Positions 1-9,044 of a DNA stretch of 27,588 bases are shown here, piece after piece. Source of the DNA: a virus (lineage: Duplodnaviria > Caudoviricetes); IMG/VR virus record IMGVR_UViG_3300033067_000363, positions 1-27,588 of that record, one strand, 5' to 3'. A program made the position numbers and the translations under genes. Within the stretch, counting starts at the first letter, position 1; every line of letters starts with the position of its first letter. The notes under the pieces are model-generated. The model was not told the DNA's origin and made no database searches. It saw nothing but the letters and a program-made list of their open reading frames with translations.

Positions 1-197
1 GCTACTGTTGCACCTTTAATTAGATAATAATCTACAGATGAACGAGTGAAATATACATCTACAGTAACTGGACTAATGCTTGTATTTGCACAAGATAAAC
101 CAATAACTGTAGTTTGAGTAGAAGCGCCAACTGTTACTACAGTAGCAGGGGATGTACCTACGTTTTTATTTGCGTAAGATGTAAAATTATTTGCCAT
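1..197 (-). CDS. Putative virion/tail-associated protein, 3'-truncated by the window edge (not in ORF track)
   Basis: ATG at 197 with AAGGA upstream; reads MANNFTSYANKNVGTSPATVVTVGASTQTTVIGLSCAN... open to the edge; overlaps the end of the upstream endonuclease gene. Confidence 0.75.
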   Translation of the reverse strand, partial: MANNFTSYANKNVGTSPATVVTVGASTQTTVIGLSCANTSISPVTVDVYFTRSSVDYYLIKGATV

Positions 198-627
198 TTT
201 GTTTTTCCTTTGAATTTTCTAGATATTGAATAGCTTTTTGTAATAATTCAATATCATCTCTAAGATTACCTATACCTGTATTACAATTGCTACAAAGCAA
301 TCCTCGAATTTCTCCTGTATCATGGCAATGATCTACAGCTAAAGCTCTTGTCCTTCCGTTAGCAGTTCCGCAAATTGCACAACAACTATTTTGAGATTCA
401 AGTATTGCTAAATATTCTGTATAACTAATACCATAAGTACGTTTAAGTTTTATGTCCTTATCTCTTCCGTAGTCATAAGGTCGTTTATGTTTGTTCTTGT
501 GGAAACTCTTAAGTTCAGATTCTCGTCTACACTCTATGCAATGGGGTCGATAACCACCTTTGTAACCAGAACCTCTTGGAAAGAGTTCGAGAGGTTTCTC
601 TTGTTTACAAGTTTTGCAAATCTTCAC
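187..627 (-). CDS. Endonuclease VII-family (HNH-type) endonuclease, probably a free-standing homing endonuclease
   Basis: N-terminal CxxC motifs, then CAICG...VDHCHDTGEIRGLLCSNCNTGIGNLRDD, the EndoVII signature. Confidence 0.9.
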   Translation of the reverse strand: MKICKTCKQEKPLELFPRGSGYKGGYRPHCIECRRESELKSFHKNKHKRPYDYGRDKDIKLKRTYGISYTEYLAILESQNSCCAICGTANGRTRALAVDHCHDTGEIRGLLCSNCNTGIGNLRDDIELLQKAIQYLENSKEKQNGK

Positions 628-630
628 GAC

Positions 631-1122
631 TCATCCCAACGCAATTGCCATTGCTACACCTGTACCAGCAGGATCTGTTGCGCCGTAGAAGTTCCATAGA
701 GAACCATCCCATACATACATACCGTTTGAGGATGTATTCCAATATAATGCACCTACTAATAATGCGTTACCATCATTGTCTAATGTAGGCGCTGTTGACT
801 TAGCACCGAGCCATCTATCATCGAAAGCATCATATGAAGCAGCGGCTGCGTTTTGACTAATCAAAGCGGCATCTGCAGAAGCATCAGCAGCAATAGCACT
901 AGCATCGGCTTCGCCAGCTTTTGTAGTTGCAATACCAGCTTGTGTAGTAGCTGTACCAGCAGCGGTTACAGCAGTGTTTTTATTTGTTACAACTTCAGCT
1001 GCTACAGTATTAGTTTCAGTTGCGAAAGTAGGTAACGCTCCTAAGAAATCATCAGCTCTTGCGCTAAAGTTTGTTGGGTCGTCCCTACTCGGAGGCGTTG
1101 GTAGTGGAGTAATTGTTGACAT
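631..1122 (-). CDS. Tail fibre/tail-tip-associated protein
   Basis: PTPPSRDDPTNFSARAD N-terminus, Ala/Thr-rich helical region, FDDRWLGAK..APTLDNDGNALLVGALYWN fibre-type motif; lies downstream of the tail genes. Confidence 0.7.
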   Translation of the reverse strand: MSTITPLPTPPSRDDPTNFSARADDFLGALPTFATETNTVAAEVVTNKNTAVTAAGTATTQAGIATTKAGEADASAIAADASADAALISQNAAAASYDAFDDRWLGAKSTAPTLDNDGNALLVGALYWNTSSNGMYVWDGSLWNFYGATDPAGTGVAMAIALG

Positions 1123-1139
1123 TATTTGTCCTTTTTAAA

Positions 1140-2036
1140 TTAGATTAAACCTTCAAGTTCTAAGCTACAATAGCTAGTATCTGGATATGAAATCTCAATA
1201 GAGAATTCTCGATAAAACCCATACACAATGGCTGGCTCTTCATATAAAATATCATCTGTGGCAATCCATAGAACTGGTGTAGCCCTAAGACTTGACAATG
1301 TTCGATGTACTCTATTAAGTTCCGAGTTATGAATGAATACTCGACTTGATAGTTTCTTAGCGAAGTTTCGTTTAATGAATACACGTTGACCGAATTCATC
1401 TACATCTACTCTACTATAATCAGTAATACCAGCAGATGCTCCATATTCTGTTGTGCCTAACTTCTTAGTTTGACCGAATACGATCTGGCCTAATTCTAAA
1501 TCGGCGTTACCTTCAAGTTCAAAAGTAACATGAGCATTACCGTATAACGGTGGAAGATCTGTTAGAATAACTGTAGTACGAGCGTAATCGAATCCTGTGA
1601 AGAAATAAGAGAACCAATCGATAATGTTAGCTGAATCTAAACCGAATTCTTTTTCATATACAATGTTACCACCAAGATCATCTCTTACTGTAACTTTCAA
1701 GTAAGTTCCTTTTACAATATTTAATAAAGCAAAAGTATCAATGAATCCTGTTTTTAGTGTAACTGTAATGTTATCTGGATTTTTAGTAGTAGTATTAATT
1801 TCATTATCGAACATAGCATATAGATTGCTAGGTCCAACTCTAAACCACCATGTCGTAGACGTATCTGGTTGATGATTTGTATTACTACCAGCTAATGAAA
1901 TATAAGTTGAATTATTGTATACAACATAAGCATCTGCTGCATAAGTCGTACCAGAATTCCAATCAGGATAGATTTCAGTCACATTTTCTGAAATTAGCCT
2001 ATCCGAAGTAAAAGTTGTGGGTACTGTGAGCTTCAA
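1140..2036 (-). CDS. Tail-tip/distal-tail-like structural protein
   Basis: First gene after the tape measure; WNSGTTYAADAYVVYN CBM-like motif and GITDYSRVDVDEFG motif; TTG start preceded by GGGGA. Confidence 0.6.
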   Translation of the reverse strand: MKLTVPTTFTSDRLISENVTEIYPDWNSGTTYAADAYVVYNNSTYISLAGSNTNHQPDTSTTWWFRVGPSNLYAMFDNEINTTTKNPDNITVTLKTGFIDTFALLNIVKGTYLKVTVRDDLGGNIVYEKEFGLDSANIIDWFSYFFTGFDYARTTVILTDLPPLYGNAHVTFELEGNADLELGQIVFGQTKKLGTTEYGASAGITDYSRVDVDEFGQRVFIKRNFAKKLSSRVFIHNSELNRVHRTLSSLRATPVLWIATDDILYEEPAIVYGFYREFSIEISYPDTSYCSLELEGLI

Positions 2037-2083
2037 GATTATCCCCTAAGATTACCCATGTAGGGTTAATAAATATTAAGTTA

Positions 2084-2112
2084 ATTATATCACAAAATCT
2101 ATAATAAGTCAA
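2084..2112 (-). promoter_or_regulatory. sigma70-type promoter with extended -10
   Basis: TTGACT-17 nt-TATAAT, -10 preceded by TGA. Confidence 0.85.
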
Positions 2113-2136
2113 GATGTAATATACAAATAGTTACTG

Positions 2137-2170
2137 AAAAGAAAAACCCCAAGGCTTTCACCGAGGGGTT
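2137..2170 (-). terminator. Rho-independent terminator after the tape measure gene
   Basis: AACCCCTCGG-TGAAAG-CCTTGGGGTT followed by TTTCTTTT. Confidence 0.85.
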
Positions 2171-2177
2171 CTTTAAA

Positions 2178-5100
2178 TTAGATAACGATAGTCTGAACTT
2201 TAATAGTATCAGATTCTATCACTCTGTCTAATAGTTTAGCAGTTTTAGAAGTGTTAACAACTGTAGCTCTTGTCTCAGCGCGTAAACCATCAAGATTAGT
2301 ATTTAATCTATCAATAGCTTGCCACAGCATTTGACTATCTGTAGAGTTACTTGAGCTGATTGCACGTACACCCAATGAACCGTCTGGAAGCTTGTTTAAA
2401 GGCATAATTGCCTCTGGTCCAGCCTCACCCATTAACGCAGTGTTAAACAACGTTGGAGCATTGACGATACCATTTGAGAATGTGCCACCTTTAGCAAACT
2501 TTAACAAATCTTGTGGAATTGGAAGCTTGCTATAGTCAACCTGCTTGATACCTTGACTATTCTCGGACACAGCACTTGGGTACATCTTCTCAACTTCTTG
2601 AGCTAATACACCACGCTTAGTATCTGTACCTAAGATAGAACTGTAAGGAGACTTATAGTTGAAATCATAAAGATTGATACCATTTGGAAGAGTCTTATAT
2701 AAACTGATATTCTCTTTGATACGAGCATCACTGAATAAACTACTTACAAAGTTAGTTGCTTTCTTTACGGTACTTACACCAGTATCGATAACAGATCCAG
2801 CTGCACCACCAACCTTAGTAAAGAATCCGCCACCGCCACCAGATGATGAAGATCCACCAGCAGTTCGAATACCTTCTAAGACTTTACCGATTTCAGTTAA
2901 GTTCAAATTCATAGTATCGTAGAACTTATATGATCCTGCGATAGCATTGTAAACTGAACCTAATCCTTCTTTCTGTAAAGAGACTAATTGCTTAATCTGT
3001 TCATCAGCACTAGTTGCTGTCTTATTGGTATTTGTAGCAGTATTATCAGTACCTGATTTGATTAAACCTAATTCTGTCAAACTCTTAATTAAAGCGTTTT
3101 CAGTTCCATCGGTATTATAGTTAATTAAACCTAAAGTACCTTGAGCCTTTACAGCTTCAATATAAGCATCAGATGTATAATCACTGATTAGACCAAGTTG
3201 ATTTAAAGACTTGATCGCTTGTAAGTAACTATCTAAAGTATTCTTAGCAGTTTCGTCAGAAGCTACTGAAGTACCCTTTGTATAGGTTGCAATTAAATCT
3301 AACTTTAATAATACTTCGTCATTCCAGCTTTTAACTACTGGTAGAGCAGCAACTTGTGTTGCAACTTGAGCAATAGCTAATCTGTATTGAGCAGATGAAG
3401 TAGAAGCAGATCTTGCAGCATCTAAATATGCTTGAGCAGATGTTGTAACATTACCTAATGCTGTCTGATCACTTACTTGTGAAAGAGTTAAATCTTTTAA
3501 GTATTGTGAACGTGTGCTAGATAATGTTTGAGTTGGTGTAGCTGCAGAAGTTGTAGTTAACTTCTTCAACCAATCTGAAATTGATTCTCCAGATTTTCTC
3601 AATAAGTCATTAGCTGACTTTAAAGCATCTGCTGCAGCTTTCGCTAGAGAATCAGCTTGATCTTGCGCGGCTTTAGCGGCTTCATCGGAAGCTTTAGTTA
3701 CTGTAGAGAATGCTGAACTTAATTTAATAAGGTTTGCATAAGTCTCTTGACCAGATTCTGAATATAAGTTTTGTTGATTAACTAGACTTCTATAATCTTC
3801 AATAGTCTTTGGTAGTGTCAATCCCATGTCAGAGAAAGATTTTGTTAATTCCTCTAATGTTTTTGCATTTCTTTCTTGCTCTGTATAGAAGTTTTGATAG
3901 AAATCAGAAATAGAAGATTCAAAATCGGATAATGTACCAAATAGATTAACTAGACTATCAGCAGCCTTAGCTCCCTGTACTCCAATTAATTCGTAATTAG
4001 CATTTAAACGATTTGTTTGTAAATTAACATATTCTAATTGAGCAGCAGTTCTAGTTAATGTTTCGAAGTAACCTTCACCTACTTTCTGTAAGCTCTCAAG
4101 TCCCGGAACAATTGCCTGTGCAATCTTATCTGCTTCAGCTCCGAATACATTATTTAACTTCTCAGCAATAGCTTCACCGTTCAAGCCTTGTAAATCGATA
4201 TCACCTAAAGATACTACATAGTTAGATAACTTGGTATTTACAGAAGCAATACTTTCACCAAGTGCTAATGCTCCGTATTTAACAGCATCACCAACACCAG
4301 TTAGAATACTAGTGATTTGACGTTCAATCTCAGGGTCAAGCGAAGATTGGCGTTTGCTACCACTGGTATCGTATGTCATACCTAAAAACTTACTCTTCTC
4401 TTCAACGTTAGCATAGTAACTACCTTGGAATCCACCTTGTGAAATATTTCCTAAGTTTTGTGATGCAGATGTGATACCCGCACCCTTTATACTAATTGAT
4501 TTTCCGAATAGAGAAGTGTTAATACTTTTGAGAAGACCAGAAACAAAGTTTTTACCGATCACTGCCTCTAATGTATTAGCTCCAAGGTTCATGGCACTGC
4601 TAAGACCAGTGTCAAATTTACCAGTAGGAATACTTCCTGTTAGGTTTGATAAACCGCTTGATCGAATTAATAGATTTGTGAAACCATTAATGTTTGATTC
4701 AATATTAGATAAACTCTTAGCCATTTTCTGACTATAGTTAAGTGCCAATATTTCAGTATCATTTAATAACTCTAAGCTATTATTTAAGCTTTCGCTCTTA
4801 GCTGTAGTATCACCGAATACTGTTCCTGTTCCCATATTAGATGGAGCTGGACCACTATCGCCACCACCTACCATACCGACTGTAAAACCGATAGCAGCCA
4901 TAATAGCAGCCATAGCAGCCATACGTGGGAAGGCTGTGTAAGGATCTCCTTTGGATTGGTTAGCTACACCAGCAGCAGCAGCTGTTTGACCTTCCATTAA
5001 GTTGGCGGCAGCAGCTTTGATTGACATTGCCAATTGGAATACACGATATACTTTCTCAGCATTCTCCAAAGCTTTATAAGTCTTACTACCTTGTTTGGCA

Positions 5101-7979
5101 TATGACTTTAAACCACCAATCATATCACCGTATGACTTCATTTGTTCATACGAAGCTACAGTAGCAATTCGTTCTTGAATTTTACCAAATTTAATAATGT
5201 CTTTGCCGTTGGCTTTAAGGTTATCACTGTAAGCGGCAGCTGTACGTTCTTGACTTTTACCAATATCTTCAATCGCCGTAATAAACTTACCTGCACCTGC
5301 TAAAGCACCATCGAACATTGTACTTAGGTTAGCACCAGAGCCAATATTTTCAAAGGCTGCTTTAGTAGTACTACCTAATCGTTCCATAGCTCTAGCTGTC
5401 GATTCAATTGCCTTATCATCGATAACTTCGTTACTTGCTTTTACGCTTTCACCTAAATTATCATATGCAGCTCTAACGGATTCAATAGCAGCGACTCTTT
5501 GTTTTTCAAGAGCACTAGCGTCTTCAGGCGTTTTAGCATGAGCAGCTGCTCTACCGAATTCAGCATTAATTTTAGCTTCTTGAGTTCTTCTTGCAACTAA
5601 TAAATCTACATAATATTTATCATTAGCTTCAAGTTTGGCTTCATTTTGTTGCTCAATCAATGCTAGTTCGTTAGATAAATAAGCACCTTCTCTAGTAAGA
5701 CCTAAAGCATAATTTGATTTATTAATTGCTTGTTGCTTAGAGAATTCAGAATCGATCATTTTTGTCTGATCTGAATACTGTCTCTTTAATGCATCTAATC
5801 CTGTATCTTTTGGAATTAAAGCTGATGCACCTTTGCTATCTTTAATCTGTTTCTCAAATTTTATAGCATCGGCTGAGTTCTTAGCTTTTTCATCACCTAG
5901 TTGTTTCTGAGCATTGATCTGCTTACCTAAACTAGTTACGACTTCTTCGTAATATTTGATTTCTTCTTCGTTAGTTCTACCGAATCTAGAATACCAAGAC
6001 TTACCTTTTTGTGCTTCGATTAAACCAGCAGTGGCTTCTTTCATTTGATCTTGTAAAGTACCTTTACGACCAATATTTAAGATTGAATCCCACATTGATT
6101 TTGCAGCAGCACCGATACCGTAGAATACAGTTTCGAATACACCCATATCAGCTTTCATTTCTTCAGCTGCTTTTTTGAGAGATTTAGAATATGCATCTGT
6201 AGCTAATCTAGCAGCTTCAGTTTGTTTTCCAGCTAATTCTAAATTGCGTACTTGATTTAGAATCTCTACGTTAATAGTACCTAATTCTTTAGCGAATGGA
6301 ATTAAACCTTCTGTAGGCTTCTCAGAAATCTTACTAAAATTCTTAGCTAATTCCTGTGCGCTGATACCCGTGATCTTGCTAACTTGAACAATAGTCTTTG
6401 CTACTGTTTCTAGATTGTCACTTGTAACATATCCAGCTTTAGCAATTTCAGTAATAGCTTCTACATAGTTTCCAATATTACCTTTAGAGCCAGCATATGC
6501 AGCTGATAAACTCAAAGCCTTATCTTGGTTTAAACCTAGGCTACCACCAGTTAAGGCAACAGCTTTGCTTAATTCTGATTCTTGATCAATTACTTTGTTG
6601 AGTGCAACTAAATAAACACCAGCAAAAATAGCAGCAGCTGATAAAGCTACTGTACCAATTGACATTAATGATTGAATCATTCTACCTGAAGATAATTCCA
6701 TTAATCTTTGGTATCTTGTAGAAGAGATTAATCCTTCATTTAATTTATCTAAAGCATCTTTGGCTTCTGACAATCTCTTAAATGGTGCTACAATACCATC
6801 GTAAATAGTCTTTCCAGCACCGACAGCCATTGTTACTAGTAAACCACCTACAGCTAAAGAAACATCTTTAACACTAGATACCATAGATTTAGATGCTTCA
6901 ATTAACATCTTACCCATGTCTTTACCAGCTACGCCAGCTAATGCGAATTGATCTCGTAACTGACCACCTTGTTGTAGCATTACAGTTAAAGGTGCTTGAC
7001 CAGTTGCAAGACCAACCATAATGTCGGTAATCTGTGGACCTAGTGCGCGAGATAGATAATCAACCTGTCTATTACCACTAGCTTTTTGTAATTGTAATAA
7101 CTTCTGACGATATGTTTCTAATTGAGCTGTTTGTTCAGCTACTGTCATACCAGAAGATTTTAATGCCTTCTCGAATCTTAATAAAGCATTGTTAGTACCA
7201 GAAGATAATGTTTGATTTTCTTCCTTTAAAGCACTATCGACACGATATAATTCTTTAGTTAAATATTCATTAGCTTTAGTTGTATCTGTAATAGCCTTCA
7301 TCTGATTCTTCATAGAATTAGTACGAAGATCATTCTGGTTATTAATTTCAACACTTTGTCTAATTAGATTTTCATATTCAGCTGATAAGCCTTTTATATC
7401 TTTATTTTCAATCTTATACAAAGCAATTAGGCGCTCTTTCTCACGAGCGATATCTGTCATTTGCTTTTCAGTAAGACCTAAATTACGATTGAATAATGAA
7501 GTAACTTCAGAAGTTGTTTTATACTCATTCTGTAGCTTTTGCATTAAACCAATACTCTTATCAAATGGATCACCACCGATTAAAGTACGTTGTGTTTTTA
7601 ATGTATTATTTAACTCAAGCATTTGGCTGTCTAATGCGCCAGCTGCTTTATAAGTTGCCATGATAGAAGCTTGACCACGAGAGTTTCCTTGAGCCATATA
7701 CTCAAGAATTAGGTTTTGCTTCTCTAATACACTGATAGATTTCTTACCAGCTTCAGTACTCTTTTCCTGAGCTTTTTGCAACTTCTCAGCAGCAATAGCA
7801 GCTTTAACAGCAGCTTCTTCAGCCTTAGCTTGTTCCTTAGCAACTTTTGCAGTAGCGGCTGCACTTTCTGTCATCGGCTTATTTAGCTTCTGAACAGCAG
7901 CACCTAACGCTTCAAGTTTTACAGCAGCATCTTCTAGTTGTTTCGTATCAACTTTAAATCTTAGTTCTGCTAAATCCAT
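2178..7979 (-). CDS. Tail tape measure protein (1933 aa) with internal Peptidase_S74-like domain
   Basis: Long Ala/Lys-rich helical protein after the tail chaperones; lambda-type TMP motifs QITDIMVGLATGQAPLTVMLQQGGQLRD and C-terminal FAKGG...MGEAGPEAIMPL. Confidence 0.95.
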   Translation of the reverse strand: MDLAELRFKVDTKQLEDAAVKLEALGAAVQKLNKPMTESAAATAKVAKEQAKAEEAAVKAAIAAEKLQKAQEKSTEAGKKSISVLEKQNLILEYMAQGNSRGQASIMATYKAAGALDSQMLELNNTLKTQRTLIGGDPFDKSIGLMQKLQNEYKTTSEVTSLFNRNLGLTEKQMTDIAREKERLIALYKIENKDIKGLSAEYENLIRQSVEINNQNDLRTNSMKNQMKAITDTTKANEYLTKELYRVDSALKEENQTLSSGTNNALLRFEKALKSSGMTVAEQTAQLETYRQKLLQLQKASGNRQVDYLSRALGPQITDIMVGLATGQAPLTVMLQQGGQLRDQFALAGVAGKDMGKMLIEASKSMVSSVKDVSLAVGGLLVTMAVGAGKTIYDGIVAPFKRLSEAKDALDKLNEGLISSTRYQRLMELSSGRMIQSLMSIGTVALSAAAIFAGVYLVALNKVIDQESELSKAVALTGGSLGLNQDKALSLSAAYAGSKGNIGNYVEAITEIAKAGYVTSDNLETVAKTIVQVSKITGISAQELAKNFSKISEKPTEGLIPFAKELGTINVEILNQVRNLELAGKQTEAARLATDAYSKSLKKAAEEMKADMGVFETVFYGIGAAAKSMWDSILNIGRKGTLQDQMKEATAGLIEAQKGKSWYSRFGRTNEEEIKYYEEVVTSLGKQINAQKQLGDEKAKNSADAIKFEKQIKDSKGASALIPKDTGLDALKRQYSDQTKMIDSEFSKQQAINKSNYALGLTREGAYLSNELALIEQQNEAKLEANDKYYVDLLVARRTQEAKINAEFGRAAAHAKTPEDASALEKQRVAAIESVRAAYDNLGESVKASNEVIDDKAIESTARAMERLGSTTKAAFENIGSGANLSTMFDGALAGAGKFITAIEDIGKSQERTAAAYSDNLKANGKDIIKFGKIQERIATVASYEQMKSYGDMIGGLKSYAKQGSKTYKALENAEKVYRVFQLAMSIKAAAANLMEGQTAAAAGVANQSKGDPYTAFPRMAAMAAIMAAIGFTVGMVGGGDSGPAPSNMGTGTVFGDTTAKSESLNNSLELLNDTEILALNYSQKMAKSLSNIESNINGFTNLLIRSSGLSNLTGSIPTGKFDTGLSSAMNLGANTLEAVIGKNFVSGLLKSINTSLFGKSISIKGAGITSASQNLGNISQGGFQGSYYANVEEKSKFLGMTYDTSGSKRQSSLDPEIERQITSILTGVGDAVKYGALALGESIASVNTKLSNYVVSLGDIDLQGLNGEAIAEKLNNVFGAEADKIAQAIVPGLESLQKVGEGYFETLTRTAAQLEYVNLQTNRLNANYELIGVQGAKAADSLVNLFGTLSDFESSISDFYQNFYTEQERNAKTLEELTKSFSDMGLTLPKTIEDYRSLVNQQNLYSESGQETYANLIKLSSAFSTVTKASDEAAKAAQDQADSLAKAAADALKSANDLLRKSGESISDWLKKLTTTSAATPTQTLSSTRSQYLKDLTLSQVSDQTALGNVTTSAQAYLDAARSASTSSAQYRLAIAQVATQVAALPVVKSWNDEVLLKLDLIATYTKGTSVASDETAKNTLDSYLQAIKSLNQLGLISDYTSDAYIEAVKAQGTLGLINYNTDGTENALIKSLTELGLIKSGTDNTATNTNKTATSADEQIKQLVSLQKEGLGSVYNAIAGSYKFYDTMNLNLTEIGKVLEGIRTAGGSSSSGGGGGFFTKVGGAAGSVIDTGVSTVKKATNFVSSLFSDARIKENISLYKTLPNGINLYDFNYKSPYSSILGTDTKRGVLAQEVEKMYPSAVSENSQGIKQVDYSKLPIPQDLLKFAKGGTFSNGIVNAPTLFNTALMGEAGPEAIMPLNKLPDGSLGVRAISSSNSTDSQMLWQAIDRLNTNLDGLRAETRATVVNTSKTAKLLDRVIESDTIKVQTIVI

Positions 7980-8054
7980 ATGGTTCTCCTAGTTATGGAA
8001 AATATTTATATACTAGATATAATCTTTCTTATAGAGACTTATATAAATCCATAT

Positions 8055-8077
8055 AAGAAAGCCTCCGATAAGGAGGC
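8055..8077 (-). terminator. Rho-independent terminator after the tail chaperone
   Basis: GCCTCC-TTATC-GGAGGC followed by TTTCTT. Confidence 0.75.
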
Positions 8078-8082
8078 AATCT

Positions 8083-8475
8083 TTATTTCTTTTGCTGTTT
8101 TTGTTTTTCTGTTTCTGCTTGTTTGGCAAAAGCAGATAATGCAGAGGCATCGAACTTCTTTAATAACTCTAATTCCCAATCCTCTGGTTTTATTTCTATT
8201 AAATCAAAGTAAGATTTAATTTCAGTATAACTGATAGGATTAACACCAAACCCATTACTAGATCTAGCATTGTGAAGGTCTAAGAACCATTTCCAAACAG
8301 AGTAGCAACTTTCGGGTAACTCAACCATTTCTTCTAACTCTTTTGGTTTTTTACCCGTTTGTCTCCACACATTATGAAGTTGCTCTTTTAAAGAACCGCC
8401 AGATGATCGTTGACCAAAGGCGAATTCTTGTTTAGCATAATCAACAGCTTGGTCTATTTCACTTTGGGCGAAAGT
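8083..8475 (-). CDS. Tail assembly chaperone T-like ORF, probably expressed as a frameshift fusion with 8459..8872
   Basis: Frame is open from 8475, well upstream of the annotated GTG at 8370; WFLDLHNARSSNGFGVNPISYTEI motif; sits between chaperone G and the TMP. Confidence 0.8.
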   Translation of the reverse strand, partial: TFAQSEIDQAVDYAKQEFAFGQRSSGGSLKEQLHNVWRQTGKKPKELEEMVELPESCYSVWKWFLDLHNARSSNGFGVNPISYTEIKSYFDLIEIKPEDWELELLKKFDASALSAFAKQAETEKQKQQKK

Positions 8476-8872
8476 TTAAGAGTTGACTAGCTTCTTCCAT
8501 TACAGCTTCTTTAATCCAAGAATGTTCCTTGAATACACGTTCTGCATTTTCTTTAGAGAAAGCAACATCTGTCTTACCTTCGGAGATACCCTTCCAACCG
8601 ATTACACGGACAATAGCTGCTTCGATTGAAAGCTCTTCAGCTTCTTCAATTGTCATATCATCTACGTCTTTGCCACGGCGTTTGGCTTGTTGTTCACGTA
8701 ATTTAAATTCTGCGTACTTCTTACGAGCGTATGCTTTTACAGTCTTAGATTGGTCGCCGCGAACAGTGATAAATGCACCTGTTGGTTCGTTAGTTCCGGG
8801 CAATAGGAGTTCAAACTCGTAACCGACTTCAGCAGCTTCTGCAAAGTTATTTTTGTTTAGGTCAAATGACAT
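8459..8872 (-). CDS. Tail assembly chaperone (gpG-like)
   Basis: Directly after the tail tube gene; ITVRGDQS and VIGWKGI motifs, ...LLNF end; AAAGGA RBS. Confidence 0.85.
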   Translation of the reverse strand: MSFDLNKNNFAEAAEVGYEFELLLPGTNEPTGAFITVRGDQSKTVKAYARKKYAEFKLREQQAKRRGKDVDDMTIEEAEELSIEAAIVRVIGWKGISEGKTDVAFSKENAERVFKEHSWIKEAVMEEASQLLNFRPK

Positions 8873-8925
8873 AATATTCCTTTCAAGGTGTTAATAAATG
8901 GGTATGATCCCGCTATACAGGTATA

Positions 8926-8954
8926 ATTATATCATAAAATCTTAGAAAAAGCAA
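8926..8954 (-). promoter_or_regulatory. sigma70-type promoter with extended -10
   Basis: TTGCTT-17 nt-TATAAT, -10 preceded by TGA. Confidence 0.8.
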
Positions 8955-8973
8955 GATGTTATTGCTAATCTAT

Positions 8974-9008
8974 AAAAGAAAAAACCCCAAGGCTTTCACC
9001 AAGGGGTT
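8974..9008 (-). terminator. Rho-independent terminator after the tail tube gene
   Basis: AACCCCTTGG-TGAAAG-CCTTGGGGTT-TTTTCTTTT; near-identical to 2137..2170. Confidence 0.85.
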
Positions 9009-9044
9009 TAGACATAATGGCCTCTAAGGGCAACATTATCAAAA

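Noticed and set aside
187-627. Group I intron around either EndoVII gene, or an intein in TerL
   Set aside because: No flanking non-coding space for an intron core; TerL is normal length with contiguous motifs
8462-8468. Canonical -1 slippery heptamer C CCA AAG at the end of the tail chaperone
   Set aside because: The -1 frame hits TAG after two codons and cannot reach the T ORF
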